Below are positions 24,087-45,178 of a DNA stretch of 64,000 bases, piece after piece. The DNA lies in contig NIVC01001526.1 of NCBI GenBank assembly GCA_002269645.1, positions 186,001 through 250,000 of the forward strand, written 5' to 3'. Position numbers and translations under genes: made by a program. The notes beneath the pieces were generated by a model. It saw only the letters and a program-made list of their open reading frames with translations. It made no database searches and was not told the DNA's origin. Within the stretch, counting starts at the first letter, position 1, and each line of letters starts with the position of its first letter. The stretch comes from Macrostomum lignano (lineage: Eukaryota).

Positions 24087-24879
24087 GACAACTGAGATGG
24101 CGGTTTGTATGGAACTGACGGTTTGATTCCTCTCTTGAGCTTTGTGTAGCTGTGAGTAGGGCCTATTTATTGCCCAGAGCAGAATGTATGTTAACATGGA
24201 AGCGGTCGGCATGTGCTCATATTTCATTTATTGGATGTACATTTCTGAGCTATATAGTTCAGCTCTTTGATCCAGTCATCTTGCTTCACCCTCTCTTCCC
24301 CTTCATTTAGTTAATCCTATGTAAAATGCACTGCGTGGGAGATTAACAGGCAGGATTTCTCTCCCCCTATAGCTCTAGCCAAAGCCTTAGAATTATAGGA
24401 ATGCATTATTGACCATTTAGCCAATCCATAAGCTTGAAGCTGTATCAGATTTCTCACTGCAGATTTCAGGGGAAGATTAAGTATTAGCAAATTCCATTGA
24501 TTCATTTAGAGACTAATGGCTTTTTTGAGTTGCGATCAGACTGCATCATTACATGGTTAGTATGAAAGGACTTCTTTATATGGCTGAGACTGGATGCATA
24601 GAGTTGAGTTGAGAAAGGAGAGTTGGTTAGTCAATTTTATAATCTACATGCATTATTTTATTGCAACTTATTGCATGCAGTGCAGTGACGTCTCAAAGAC
24701 AGTCACAGACAAAATGTGATGTACCAACGACAGTTTTCAAATATATAGTGCGACACCCTGATATTTGATACAACGCAGCGTGAACGGACCTTGCATAAAT
24801 TCTACTCTATAAGCTACTAGCTGCAGTATTTGTCAAAAATCTGCTTGTTTTTTTTACTTTTGTCCCACGATCAATGCAA

Positions 24880-27800
24880 ACTACGTAATGTGCAGATTCT
24901 GCCGGGTTTTCAGAATTCTGACGCAAAAAACGCAAATTATACTACTATCTGAAAATGAAGTAAGTAGTATACAAAAACGCTATCCTAAGCGTGATATGGC
25001 AATATGTAGTCGTAATAATCCATGTGCTCATATTAATTCCATGTACATTAATCCCTATCTATCTCAAATTGGATATGTACATTAATTCCATGTACATTAA
25101 TCCCTATCTATCTCAAATTGGATATGTACATTAATTCCATATCCCAAATTGTCTATCCCCAATTCTATATGTACACTTACATTAATCTACAGTGTCATCC
25201 CCAGCGCGCGCGCACCAAAATTACATGTACAATACTACATGTACACAGAGGTGAGAATTACTAATCTCATCTACTACCAAATGAGTCAACATTCAAGTTT
25301 TAAAAACCACGTTATATACATATTCCTATTTATATGTCAATTATTCAAAACCTACATGTAGCGGATTACACTACTACCTTTAGTAGAGTTACAAATCAAG
25401 ATTCTATTGAAAAAGACTGTATTCATATAGTTTTCACATTGGAAAAGCGTATATTTTCATTTCAATAATTGAAAAAGAGAGCAAAAACAGTAAGGAGACA
25501 ACAGCAAGTTGAGACTTAATTATAGCCTGTACTACCAAACCCTCCTGCACCGCGAATTGAGTGGGTGTGGGAGGCCTCCTCATCGCCATTCCCTCTAGTA
25601 TATCCTCACCCCTCGAAGCCCCTATACTGAATGTTGAATCACCCTTTAACTCGGACCATAGTCAAATTCAACCCTGTTCGAAAACAGCCACCCCTCCGAT
25701 GTTCACCAGACACAGCGCAGACCCCATAACAAATCGAGCTAAATTTTAACACTCGCCCCTGTTTTCTCTGTCCCCCCTTCTAAATGCCAAGGAATTTCGA
25801 CCCTCTCTCCATTTTCAGTGTACAGACAGACCTTTCCACAGCACAGACCATATATTAAACTTCAAAACCCCTCTCTTCTCCGATTACGTCATCCATGCCG
25901 CCCCAGTTAGCAAGAAACCAACTTTTAATGCACACATCAACCCCCGCGAGCAAATCCGAGTCCGCCTACCTCTACCTGCATTGACAAACCCCAGCTGCAT
26001 TTGTAAATGTACACAGCCTATGTATGAATCAGTGTCTCCACCGCATGCAATTCTGATTTACTTGATCTAAACTTTGTAAATTGTATAAGTCACCCTTGCG
26101 TTATACTAGAAGTAGTGAAGTCCACATATTTAAATACGTGAGGCTATTCAATTCTGCCTCTCCGCATCCCCTACCTTCTCACTTCAAGCTTTCAGACCTG
26201 GTCTTTGAGACGGTTTAATCTGTTAGAAGCAGGAATGAATCATGCACTGACCTCTCCATACAAAGTAAAGTTGGAATTTCAGACAAGAAATTTGGTTATT
26301 TTAAAAGCTAAATGACTAGAAATGCACATTTTTTTCATTAAAATGCAGCTTTTCACAGTTTTTTAACGATTTTAACCTTAAAATGCTGACTTTGTTGATC
26401 AAAATCAGTAGTTTCATCACTAGAAACCATACTTTCAACAGCTAATTTGTCCAAATGTCGCTTTCAACTTGACCTTAGACTGCTTTTAAGCAGGAATGAA
26501 CCCCACACAAACATCCACAAGCCAGCCCAAAATCATCCAAAGACATGGCTATTGAAGCCTAAATTGCTAGAAATGCGCATTTTTTCATAAGAAAATACAA
26601 ATTTTCACAGTTTTTATGCATTTTTACGTTAAAATGCAGACTTTATTGATCAAAATCAGTAGTTTCATCACTAGAAACCATACTTTCAGCAACTAATTTG
26701 TCCAAATATCGCTTTCAACTTGACCTTAGACAGCTTTTAAGCAGGAATAAACCCCCCACGAACATACACAAGCTAGCCCAAAATCATCCAAAGACGGCTG
26801 TTGAAGACTAAATTGCTAGAAATGAGCATTTTTTCATAAGAAAACACAAATTTTCACAGTTTTTACGCATTTTTTACGTTAAAATGCAGACTTTATTGAT
26901 CAAAATCAGTAATTCATCACTAAAAACCACAATTTTAACACAAAATTATCACAAATGCTACTTCTGGAACTCTGAGACAGCTTTGAGCAGGAATTATAAT
27001 CGCACATGGATTACCCGAGCCAGTCCAATATTCCACTGAAGCCAGGGTTTTTTAAAGCTGAATTGTTAGAATTGCTCATTCTTTCGTTTAATAAATGACA
27101 ATTTTCACAGTTTTATTATTTTCTAACGTTAAAATGCGAAATGTATTGGTCAAACTTAGTAGTTTCATCCCAAAAGCCATAATTTCAACCGCTAATTTGT
27201 CCAAATGCTGATTCAAAGTTGGCAAGAGACAGCTTTCGAGCAGGAATGAGTCACACACTGATCTCCATATGCACACCCCGGCCCAAGTTGGAATTCCACC
27301 CAAGACATTTTCATTGAAAGCTAAATTACTAGAAATTGCACATTTTCGTTTTAAAAAGGTCAATTTTCACAGTTTTTACTCTTTTTAACGTTAAAATGCT
27401 GACTTTATTGAACAAAATTAATCACTTCATCAGCAGAAACCATAATTTTTACAACTTAATGCTGTTTCATCATTCAAATGTATGTATTTGGTACGTGTAA
27501 TACCCCTCAAGAAGTCAGGGAAGGGATTATTCTTGAATATTGGGTTAAAACGTACAGTTTGCTATAAACCTAGCTATAATAATTTTAACATATACAGTCT
27601 GCGAAGCGGTCCGTTGATTTCGATTGACATTTAAACTGTCCCTCCCAGACCTCTCTCTCTCCTTCTGCACCCACCGAGAAAAGTGACTCATGCGGCAATC
27701 AGCTGGACAGGTTTTATTACTGAATTGGCAAAACAGCCAACACACAATGTTCATTAGACTCGTCTTCACAGCACAGACCCATGTAGAACAGAACCACTCG

Positions 27801-30800
27801 TCCCTGTCTCTCTGACCTTACCATTTCTAACTGTCAAGGAATTCCGACCCTCCCTCTCCAATTTCAGTGTACAAACAGATATTTTCACAGCACAGACTCA
27901 TATATTGAGCCTCCTCCAACCAAAACCCTATCTTGATTACGTCATCCACCTCCCCCATAGGAGCAGTTAGCAAGAAACAAAATTTTTCGATGCACATATG
28001 AACACTGTGAACCATGCAAAATCGCACATCTACGGGTCGATTTTGATTGACAATTTAATACCTTTTGTTGATGCTGCTGTGTACAGTAGTCTTATTTCCG
28101 AAGCTCCTAGCAGTCATCTTTTAGATGTGGTGAATCAGTGTTGTTTTTGCCAACTTTACATCTTGATTCATCCTCCAAATTCTTCAACTCTGACCATATT
28201 CAATAATTTAACCCATGCAAGTAGATTTGCCAATTCGCCAAATTAGCCAATACGAATGGGGCCAGAGGACCCACCCAAATCGAGCCCTTGTCTCTCTCAG
28301 GCCTCTCTCTCCTACACATACCCCAGAAAAGTGACTCATGAGGCAATCAGTTTAACAGGTTCAGTATACTGAATTGGCAAAACAGCAAACACCCAATGGT
28401 CAATGGACTCGTCTTCGCAGCACAGACCATTTTGAATAAAGCCAAAACACACATACACCCCTATTCTCTGACCAAACCTTTCCATTTCTAGTTGTCAACG
28501 AAATTCGACCGGCCTCTCTCTCAATCCCAATGTACATTTTGACGAAGCAAGCAGATCTTTTCACAGCACGGACCCAGCCTCCCCCAACCAAAGCCCTATC
28601 TCTGATTACGTCATCTATACATCCCCATAGAAGCAGTTAGCAAGAAAAAAATTCGATGCGCATATATGAACAATGCGAACCAAGCAAATCCGCGCGTCTA
28701 CCAAAGCCAACCCTACCCTGCGTGCTGTAATTGCATTTGTCAATGTACACACCCTATGAATCAGTGTCTCCTTCTTTGGAACACACGAAGGCATTAGTCA
28801 GAAAGTTTGGATGCAATTAAAAACTCTCTCGATGCTTTGCGTATAAACGAGTAATCGATTGAATCAATTGTACACTTGACACATTTAATTACGTGCTGCC
28901 ATGCAACGGAAAGACAGGATAATGGGGTGGGTGGTCACGCAGCCTCATTCTCTCTTTCCTACTGATTTTTCATTATCTATCAATCTCAGCTCTTTCCGGG
29001 GCAACTCGCGCATTTGTGCATAGTTCCTCATCAGATTTACCACATGTTCATTTACATGTGATGTACATATGCAAGCGGCAGCCGATTTAAACCTGAGAAA
29101 TGGTTGAAGCACTCCCCCGACTATGACTAAATGCACGTACGTTCAGTCAAATACAGGAAAATTTGACACCCGTAGTATGAAGATGAAATCTTCACGAAAG
29201 CTTCACATGTTTATCTTTCTCTGTGGAAATGACGATAGTTTCTCAATAAAAATCTGTCATAGGCCCAATATAGCAGTTTAAATATTTTCACGAAAATGTC
29301 GCATTATTCAAAGAACTGATTTTTGCAAACTCTACTGTCAGTAGGAAGATGAGTTTTCATAGAGACATTTTGTAAAACATAGACTAAACTTTCAAATCAT
29401 TCGTTTACACGACCAACTGTCTATATTAATGGTGGGGTTATTATTACTTTACAGAAAAACGCATGTCCTGTGTTACGACACTGCCTAGCAACCGTATAAT
29501 TTTTGCAGGTCAAGGAGCATTAATACATGAACTAACACTCCTATTTTACATTCATTGAGAGGCGGCGGCAGCGGGCGGAGGGTGGCCGGACCGTGACTGT
29601 GTGCAGCACAGTCCCTGTCTCTACTGCTGCCTCCGCCCGCTGCCGCCGCCTCTCAATGAATGTAAAATAGGAGTGTTAGTTCATGTATTAATGCTCCTTG
29701 ACCTGCAAAAATTATACGGTTGCTAGGCAGTGTCGTAACACAGGACATGCGTTTTTCTGTAAAGTAATAATAACCCCACCATTAATATAGACAGTTGGTC
29801 GTGTAAACGAATGATTTGAAAGTTTAGTCTATGTTTTACAAAATGTCTCTATGAAAACTCATCTTCCTACTGACAGTAGAGTTTGCAAAAATCAGTTCTT
29901 TGAATAATGCGACATTTTCGTGAAAATATTTAAACTGCTATATTGGGCCTATGACAGATTTTTATTGAGAAACTATCGTCATTTCCACAGAGAAAGATAA
30001 ACATGTGAAGCTTTCGTGAAGATTTCATCTTCATACTACGGGTGTCAAATTTTCCTGTATTTGACTGAACGTACGTGCATTTAGTCATAGTCGGGGGAGT
30101 GCTTCAACCATTTCTCAGGTTTAAATCGGCTGCCGCTTGCATATGTACATCACATGTAAATGAACATGTGGTAAATCTGATGAGGAACTATGCACAAATG
30201 CGCGAGTTGCCCCGGAAAGAGCTGAGATTGATAGATAATGAAAAATCAGTAGGAAAGAGAGAATGAGGCTGCGTGACCACCCACCCCATTATCCTGTCTT
30301 TCCGTTGCGGGCAGCACGTAATTAAATGTGTCAAGTGTACAATTGATTCAATCGATTACTCGTTTATACGCAAAGCATCGAGAGAGTTTTTAATTGCATC
30401 CAAACTTTCTGACTAATGCCTTCGTGTGTTCCAAAGAAGGAGACACTGATTCATAGGGTGTGTACATTGACAAATGCAATTACAGCACGCAGGGTAGGGT
30501 TGGCTTTGGTAGACGCGCGGATTTGCTTGGTTCGCATTGTTCATATATGCGCATCGAATTTTTTTTCTTGCTAACTGCTTCTATGGGGATGTATAGATGA
30601 CGTAATCAGAGATAGGGCTTTGGTTGGGGGAGGCTGGGTCCGTGCTGTGAAAAGATCTGCTTGCTTCGTCAAAATGTACATTGGGATTGAGAGAGAGGCC
30701 GGTCGAATTTCGTTGACAACTAGAAATGGAAAGGTTTGGTCAGAGAATAGGGGTGTATGTGTGTTTTGGCTTTATTCAAAATGGTCTGTGCTGCGAAGAC

Positions 30801-33800
30801 GAGTCCATTGACCATTGGGTGTTTGCTGTTTTGCCAATTCAGTATACTGAACCTGTTAAACTGATTGCCTCATGAGTCACTTTTCTGGGGTATGTGTAGG
30901 AGAGAGAGGCCTGAGAGAGACAAGGGCTCGATTTGGGTGGGTCCTCTGGCCCCATTCGTATTGGCTAATTTGGCGAATTGGCAAATCTACTTGCATGGGT
31001 TAAATTATTGAATATGGTCAGAGTTGAAGAATTTGGAGGATGAATCAAGATGTAAAGTTGGCAAAAACAACACTGATTCACCACATCTAAAAGATGACTG
31101 CTAGGAGCTTCGGAAATAAGACTACTGTACACAGCAGCATCAACAAAAGGTATTAAATTGTCAATCAAAATCGACCCGTAGATGTGCGATTTTGCATGGT
31201 TCACAGTGTTCATATGTGCATCGAAAAATTTTGTTTCTTGCTAACTGCTCCTATGGGGGAGGTGGATGACGTAATCAAGATAGGGTTTTGGTTGGAGGAG
31301 GCTCAATATATGAGTCTGTGCTGTGAAAATATCTGTTTGTACACTGAAATTGGAGAGGGAGGGTCGGAATTCCTTGACAGTTAGAAATGGTAAGGTCAGA
31401 GAGACAGGGACGAGTGGTTCTGTTCTACATGGGTCTGTGCTGTGAAGACGAGTCTAATGAACATTGTGTGTTGGCTGTTTTGCCAATTCAGTAATAAAAC
31501 CTGTCCAGCTGATTGCCGCATGAGTCACTTTTCTCGGTGGGTGCAGAAGGAGAGAGAGAGGTCTGGGAGGGACAGTTTAAATGTCAATCGAAATCAACGG
31601 ACCGCTTCGCAGACTGTATATGTTAAAATTATTATAGCTAGGTTTATAGCAAACTGTACGTTTTAACCCAATATTCAAGAATAATCCCTTCCCTGACTTC
31701 TTGAGGGGTATTACACGTACCAAATACATACATTTGAATGATGAAACAGCATTAAGTTGTAAAAATTATGGTTTCTGCTGATGAAGTGATTAATTTTGTT
31801 CAATAAAGTCAGCATTTTAACGTTAAAAAGAGTAAAAACTGTGAAAATTGACCTTTTTAAAACGAAAATGTGCAATTTCTAGTAATTTAGCTTTCAATGA
31901 AAATGTCTTGGGTGGAATTCCAACTTGGGCCGGGGTGTGCATATGGAGATCAGTGTGTGACTCATTCCTGCTCGAAAGCTGTCTCTTGCCAACTTTGAAT
32001 CAGCATTTGGACAAATTAGCGGTTGAAATTATGGCTTTTGGGATGAAACTACTAAGTTTGACCAATACATTTCGCATTTTAACGTTAGAAAATAATAAAA
32101 CTGTGAAAATTGTCATTTATTAAACGAAAGAATGAGCAATTCTAACAATTCAGCTTTAAAAAACCCTGGCTTCAGTGGAATATTGGACTGGCTCGGGTAA
32201 TCCATGTGCGATTATAATTCCTGCTCAAAGCTGTCTCAGAGTTCCAGAAGTAGCATTTGTGATAATTTTGTGTTAAAATTGTGGTTTTTAGTGATGAATT
32301 ACTGATTTTGATCAATAAAGTCTGCATTTTAACGTAAAAAATGCGTAAAAACTGTGAAAATTTGTGTTTTCTTATGAAAAAATGCTCATTTCTAGCAATT
32401 TAGTCTTCAACAGCCGTCTTTGGATGATTTTGGGCTGGCTTGTGGATGTTTGTGTGGGGTTCATTCCTGCTTAAAAGCAGTCTAAGGTCAAGTTGAAAGC
32501 GACATTTGGACAAATTAGCTGTTGAAAGTATGGTTTCTAGTGATGAAACTACTGATTTTGATCAACAAAGTCTGCATTTTAAGGTTAAAATCGTAAAAAA
32601 AACTGTAAAAAGCTGCATTTCAATGAAAAAAATGTGCATTTCTAGTCATTTAGCTTTTAAAATAACCAAATTTCTTGTCTGAAATTCCAACTTTACTTTG
32701 TATGGAGAGGTCAGTGCATGATTCATTCCTGCTTCTAACAGATTAAACCGTCTCAAAGACCAGGTCTGAAAGCTTGAAGTGAGAAGGTAGGGGATGCGGA
32801 GAGGCAGAATTGAATAGCCTCACGTATTTAAATATGTGGACTTCACTACTTCTAGTATAACGCAAGGGTGACTTATACAATTTACAAAGTTTAGATCAAG
32901 TAAATCAGAATTGCATGCGGTGGAGACACTGATTCATACATAGGCTGTGTACATTTACAAATGCAGCTGGGGTTTGTCAATGCAGGTAGAGGTAGGCGGA
33001 CTCGGATTTGCTCGCGGGGGTTGATGTGTGCATTAAAAGTTGGTTTCTTGCTAACTGGGGCGGCATGGATGACGTAATCGGAGAAGAGAGGGGTTTTGAA
33101 GTTTAATATATGGTCTGTGCTGTGGAAAGGTCTGTCTGTACACTGAAAATGGAGAGAGGGTCGAAATTCCTTGGCATTTAGAAGGGGGGACAGAGAAAAC
33201 AGGGGCGAGTGTTAAAATTTAGCTCGATTTGTTATGGGGTCTGCGCTGTGTCTGGTGAACATCGGAGGGGTGGCTGTTTTCGAACAGGGTTGAATTTGAC
33301 TATGGTCCGAGTTAAAGGGTGATTCAACATTCAGTATAGGGGCTTCGAGGGGTGAGGATATACTAGAGGGAATGGCGATGAGGAGGCCTCCCACACCCAC
33401 TCAATTCGCGGTGCAGGAGGGTTTGGTAGTACAGGCTATAATTAAGTCTCAACTTGCTGTTGTCTCCTTACTGTTTTTGCTCTCTTTTTCAATTATTGAA
33501 ATGAAAATATACGCTTTTCCAATGTGAAAACTATATGAATACAGTCTTTTTCAATAGAATCTTGATTTGTAACTCTACTAAAGGTAGTAGTGTAATCCGC
33601 TACATGTAGGTTTTGAATAATTGACATATAAATAGGAATATGTATATAACGTGGTTTTTAAAACTTGAATGTTGACTCATTTGGTAGTAGATGAGATTAG
33701 TAATTCTCACCTCTGTGTACATGTAGTATTGTACATGTAATTTTGGTGCGCGCGCGCTGGGGATGACACTGTAGATTAATGTAAGTGTACATATAGAATT

Positions 33801-34081
33801 GGGGATAGACAATTTGGGATATGGAATTAATGTACATATCCAATTTGAGATAGATAGGGATTAATGTACATGGAATTAATGTACATATCCAATTTGAGAT
33901 AGATAGGGATTAATGTACATGGAATTAATATGAGCACATGGATTATTACGACTACATATTGCCATATCACGCTTAGGATAGCGTTTTTGTATACTACTTA
34001 CTTCATTTTCAGATAGTAGTATAATTTGCGTTTTTTGCGTCAGAATTCTGAAAACCCGGCAGAATCTGCACATTACGTAGT
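24880..34081. mobile_element. 9.2-kb palindromic (foldback-type) non-autonomous element: left arm 24880-29581, 48-bp centre 29582-29629, right arm 29630-34081, 6-bp TSD ATGCAA
   Basis: Mirrored ORF pairs give coordinate sums 59211 (inner) and 58961 (outer). Termini are ACTACGTAATG...CATTACGTAGT. atgcaa lies at 24874-24879 and 34082-34087. Confidence 0.88.
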
Positions 34082-34105
34082 ATGCAATATGTGTTACACA
34101 ATGTC

Positions 34106-34625
34106 GACAATATGAGTAGCATGATGTAGACAATATGAGTAGCATGATGTAGACAATATGAGTAGCATGATGTAGACAATATGAGTAGCATGATGTAGAC
34201 AATATGAGTAGCATGATGTAGACAATATGAGTAGCATGATGTAGACAATATGAGTAGCATGATGTAGACAATATGAGTAGCATGATGTAGACAATATGAG
34301 TAGCATGATGTAGACAATATGAGTAGCATGATGTAGACAATATGAGTAGCATGATGTAGACAATATGAGTAGCATGATGTAGACAATATGAGTAGCATGA
34401 TGTAGACAATATGAGTAGCATGATGTAGACAATATGAGTAGCATGATGTAGACAATATGAGTAGCATGATGTAGACAATATGAGTAGCATGATGTAGACA
34501 ATATGAGTAGCATGATGTAGACAATATGAGTAGCATGATGTAGACAATATTTGTCACACAATGTCGAGAATATTCGTCACACGATGTAGACAATATGTGT
34601 CACACGATGTAGACAATGTGTCACA
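34106..34625. repeat. 23-bp minisatellite (gacaatatgagtagcatgatgta), ~19 homogeneous copies plus degenerate edges
   Basis: Direct tandem repeats immediately right of the palindrome. Confidence 0.95.
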
Positions 34626-35384
34626 CGATTACTCTAACAACTGCCTAACAGCTTTTTTTCCAGCGTTACATTCTCAACTTTGGCGTATACTATAAGTAGT
34701 ATTCGAGCGACAAAATCAGTTTGTTTTCTTGCATTCCGAATCGAGACAACAATTTCGAATACATTTAGATATTCTTCCCGGCTGTACAATCAATAGGAAG
34801 TCGCTAAGAATGCGGGAGTTCTTCCTCCTATTGCGGGTCGATATCTGCCTAAACACGTACCTACCCCTGACACTGTCAATGCAATTTCTCTCTTCCCTTG
34901 CTTTTTTTCCTGAGCTCTTTCTTTCAATTTCTGCTCTTTTCTCTCTCTCTCTTTCTCTCCCTTCTCTGTCTAGCAACAGAGCTAAGCTATTAGGAGGTGG
35001 TCAACGAGTTGACTTGTGTAACCAACTCTTGTGCACATATCGTGAGTTCGCAATATTCACTGCGTGACACCGCTAACACACACACGTTAACGCGCTATAT
35101 ATACTCACAGTCAGAGTTGAATATATAATTTTAAACTTGTCAATTGGACGATCGTTCATTCACAGTTGCAACTTCAGTCAGACCCCCGTCAGTGCACGGC
35201 CACTAACAGCTGCTAGGCGGGAGCTTTTCGATCCAATATTCCTATAGCTCTGTTGTTAAGGAAGAAGCTACGCAACTATAACGACTATTCCATACTAGCA
35301 TTGTAGCTCCGGCGTTGGGGTTGGCGGTGACGGTTGCGTCTTCCTATCGTGTCTTTTCACTTCAATAATAAAATAAAAGCAGCA

Positions 35385-43993
<8,609 letters not shown>

Positions 43994-44184
43994 TTGACAT
44001 GCGCGGCTTATTGAGAAATTGGTCTTCAAAACTTTCCAAACCTTGGTTGAATTTTTTTAGTTTGCTAAATAATATACTTGTAAATAATTTTTTGCGCGTA
44101 TTTTATTGATTCAGCATGGCACCTGAGTTGTACGTACATGTATGAGGCTTTATTTTTGACACATGCGACAAATTTTTAGGGCTG

Positions 44185-45178
44185 CAATGACACTACTTTT
44201 AGCGGACCTAATGACATTAATTTTAGCACCCCAATGACACTAATTTTAGCACCCCAATGACACTAATTTTAGCACCCCAATGACACTAATTTTAGCACCC
44301 CAATGACACTAAATTTAGCGGACCAATGACACTAATTTTAGCACCCCAATGACACTAATTTTAGCACCACAATGACACTAATTTTAGCACCCAAATGACA
44401 ATAATTTTAGCACCCCAATGACAATAATTTTAGCACCCCAATGACAATAATTTTAGCACCCCAATGACAATAATTTTAGCACCCCAATGACAATAATTTT
44501 AGCACCCAAATGACAATAATTTTAGCACCCCAATGACAATAATTTTAGCACCACAATGACACATTTTGGCGGACCTAATGACACTACTTTTAGCGGACCT
44601 AATGACACTAATTTTAGCGGACCTAATGACACTAATTTTAGCGGACCTAATGACACTAATTTTAGCGGACCTAATGACACTAATTTTAGCACCCCATTTG
44701 ACACATTTTGGTGGACCTAATGACACTAATTTTAGCGGACCTAATGACACTAATTTTAGCGGACCTAATGACACTAATATTAGCGCTCCAATGACACCAA
44801 ATTTTAGCACCCCAATGACAGTAATTTTAGCGGACCTAATGACACTACTTTTAGCGGACCTAATGACACTAATTTTAGCGGACCTAATGACACTAATTTT
44901 AGCGGACCTAATGACACTAATTTTAGCGGACCTAATGACACTAATTTTAGCACCCCATTTGACACATTTTGGTGGACCTAATGACACTAATTTTAGCGGA
45001 CCTAATGACACTAATTTTAGCGGACCTAATGACACTAATATTAGCGCTCCAATGACACCAAATTTTAGCACCCCAATGACAGTAATTTTAGCGGACCTAA
45101 TGACACTACTTTTAGCGGACCTAATGACACTAATTTAAGCGCCCCCAATGACACTAATTTTAGCAGACTCAATGACAC
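44185..45178. repeat. 23/24-bp minisatellite (atgacactaattttagcggaccta) with a 261-bp higher-order duplication
   Basis: The variant accccatttgacacatttt recurs at 44691 and 44952. Confidence 0.92.

Noticed and set aside
24875-24879. Extending the TIR outward to tgcaa/atgca
   Set aside because: The apparent extra pairing is explained by the near-palindromic TSD ATGCAA.
29582-29629. Sequencing adapter or read fold-back chimera as the cause of the palindrome
   Set aside because: The centre does not resemble the SMRTbell adapter as I recall it; the arms differ by a recombinant 251-bp deletion and point changes; a TSD and an in-register empty site exist. Read-level confirmation is still needed.
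24888-34073. Mirrored short ORF pairs in the palindrome arms as element genes
   Set aside because: All are under ~92 aa with no recognisable motif, and they are duplicated only because of the symmetry.
33876-34593. 155-223-aa ORFs (LSTSCYSYCLHHATHIVYIMLLI repeats)
   Set aside because: Translation of the 23-bp minisatellite.
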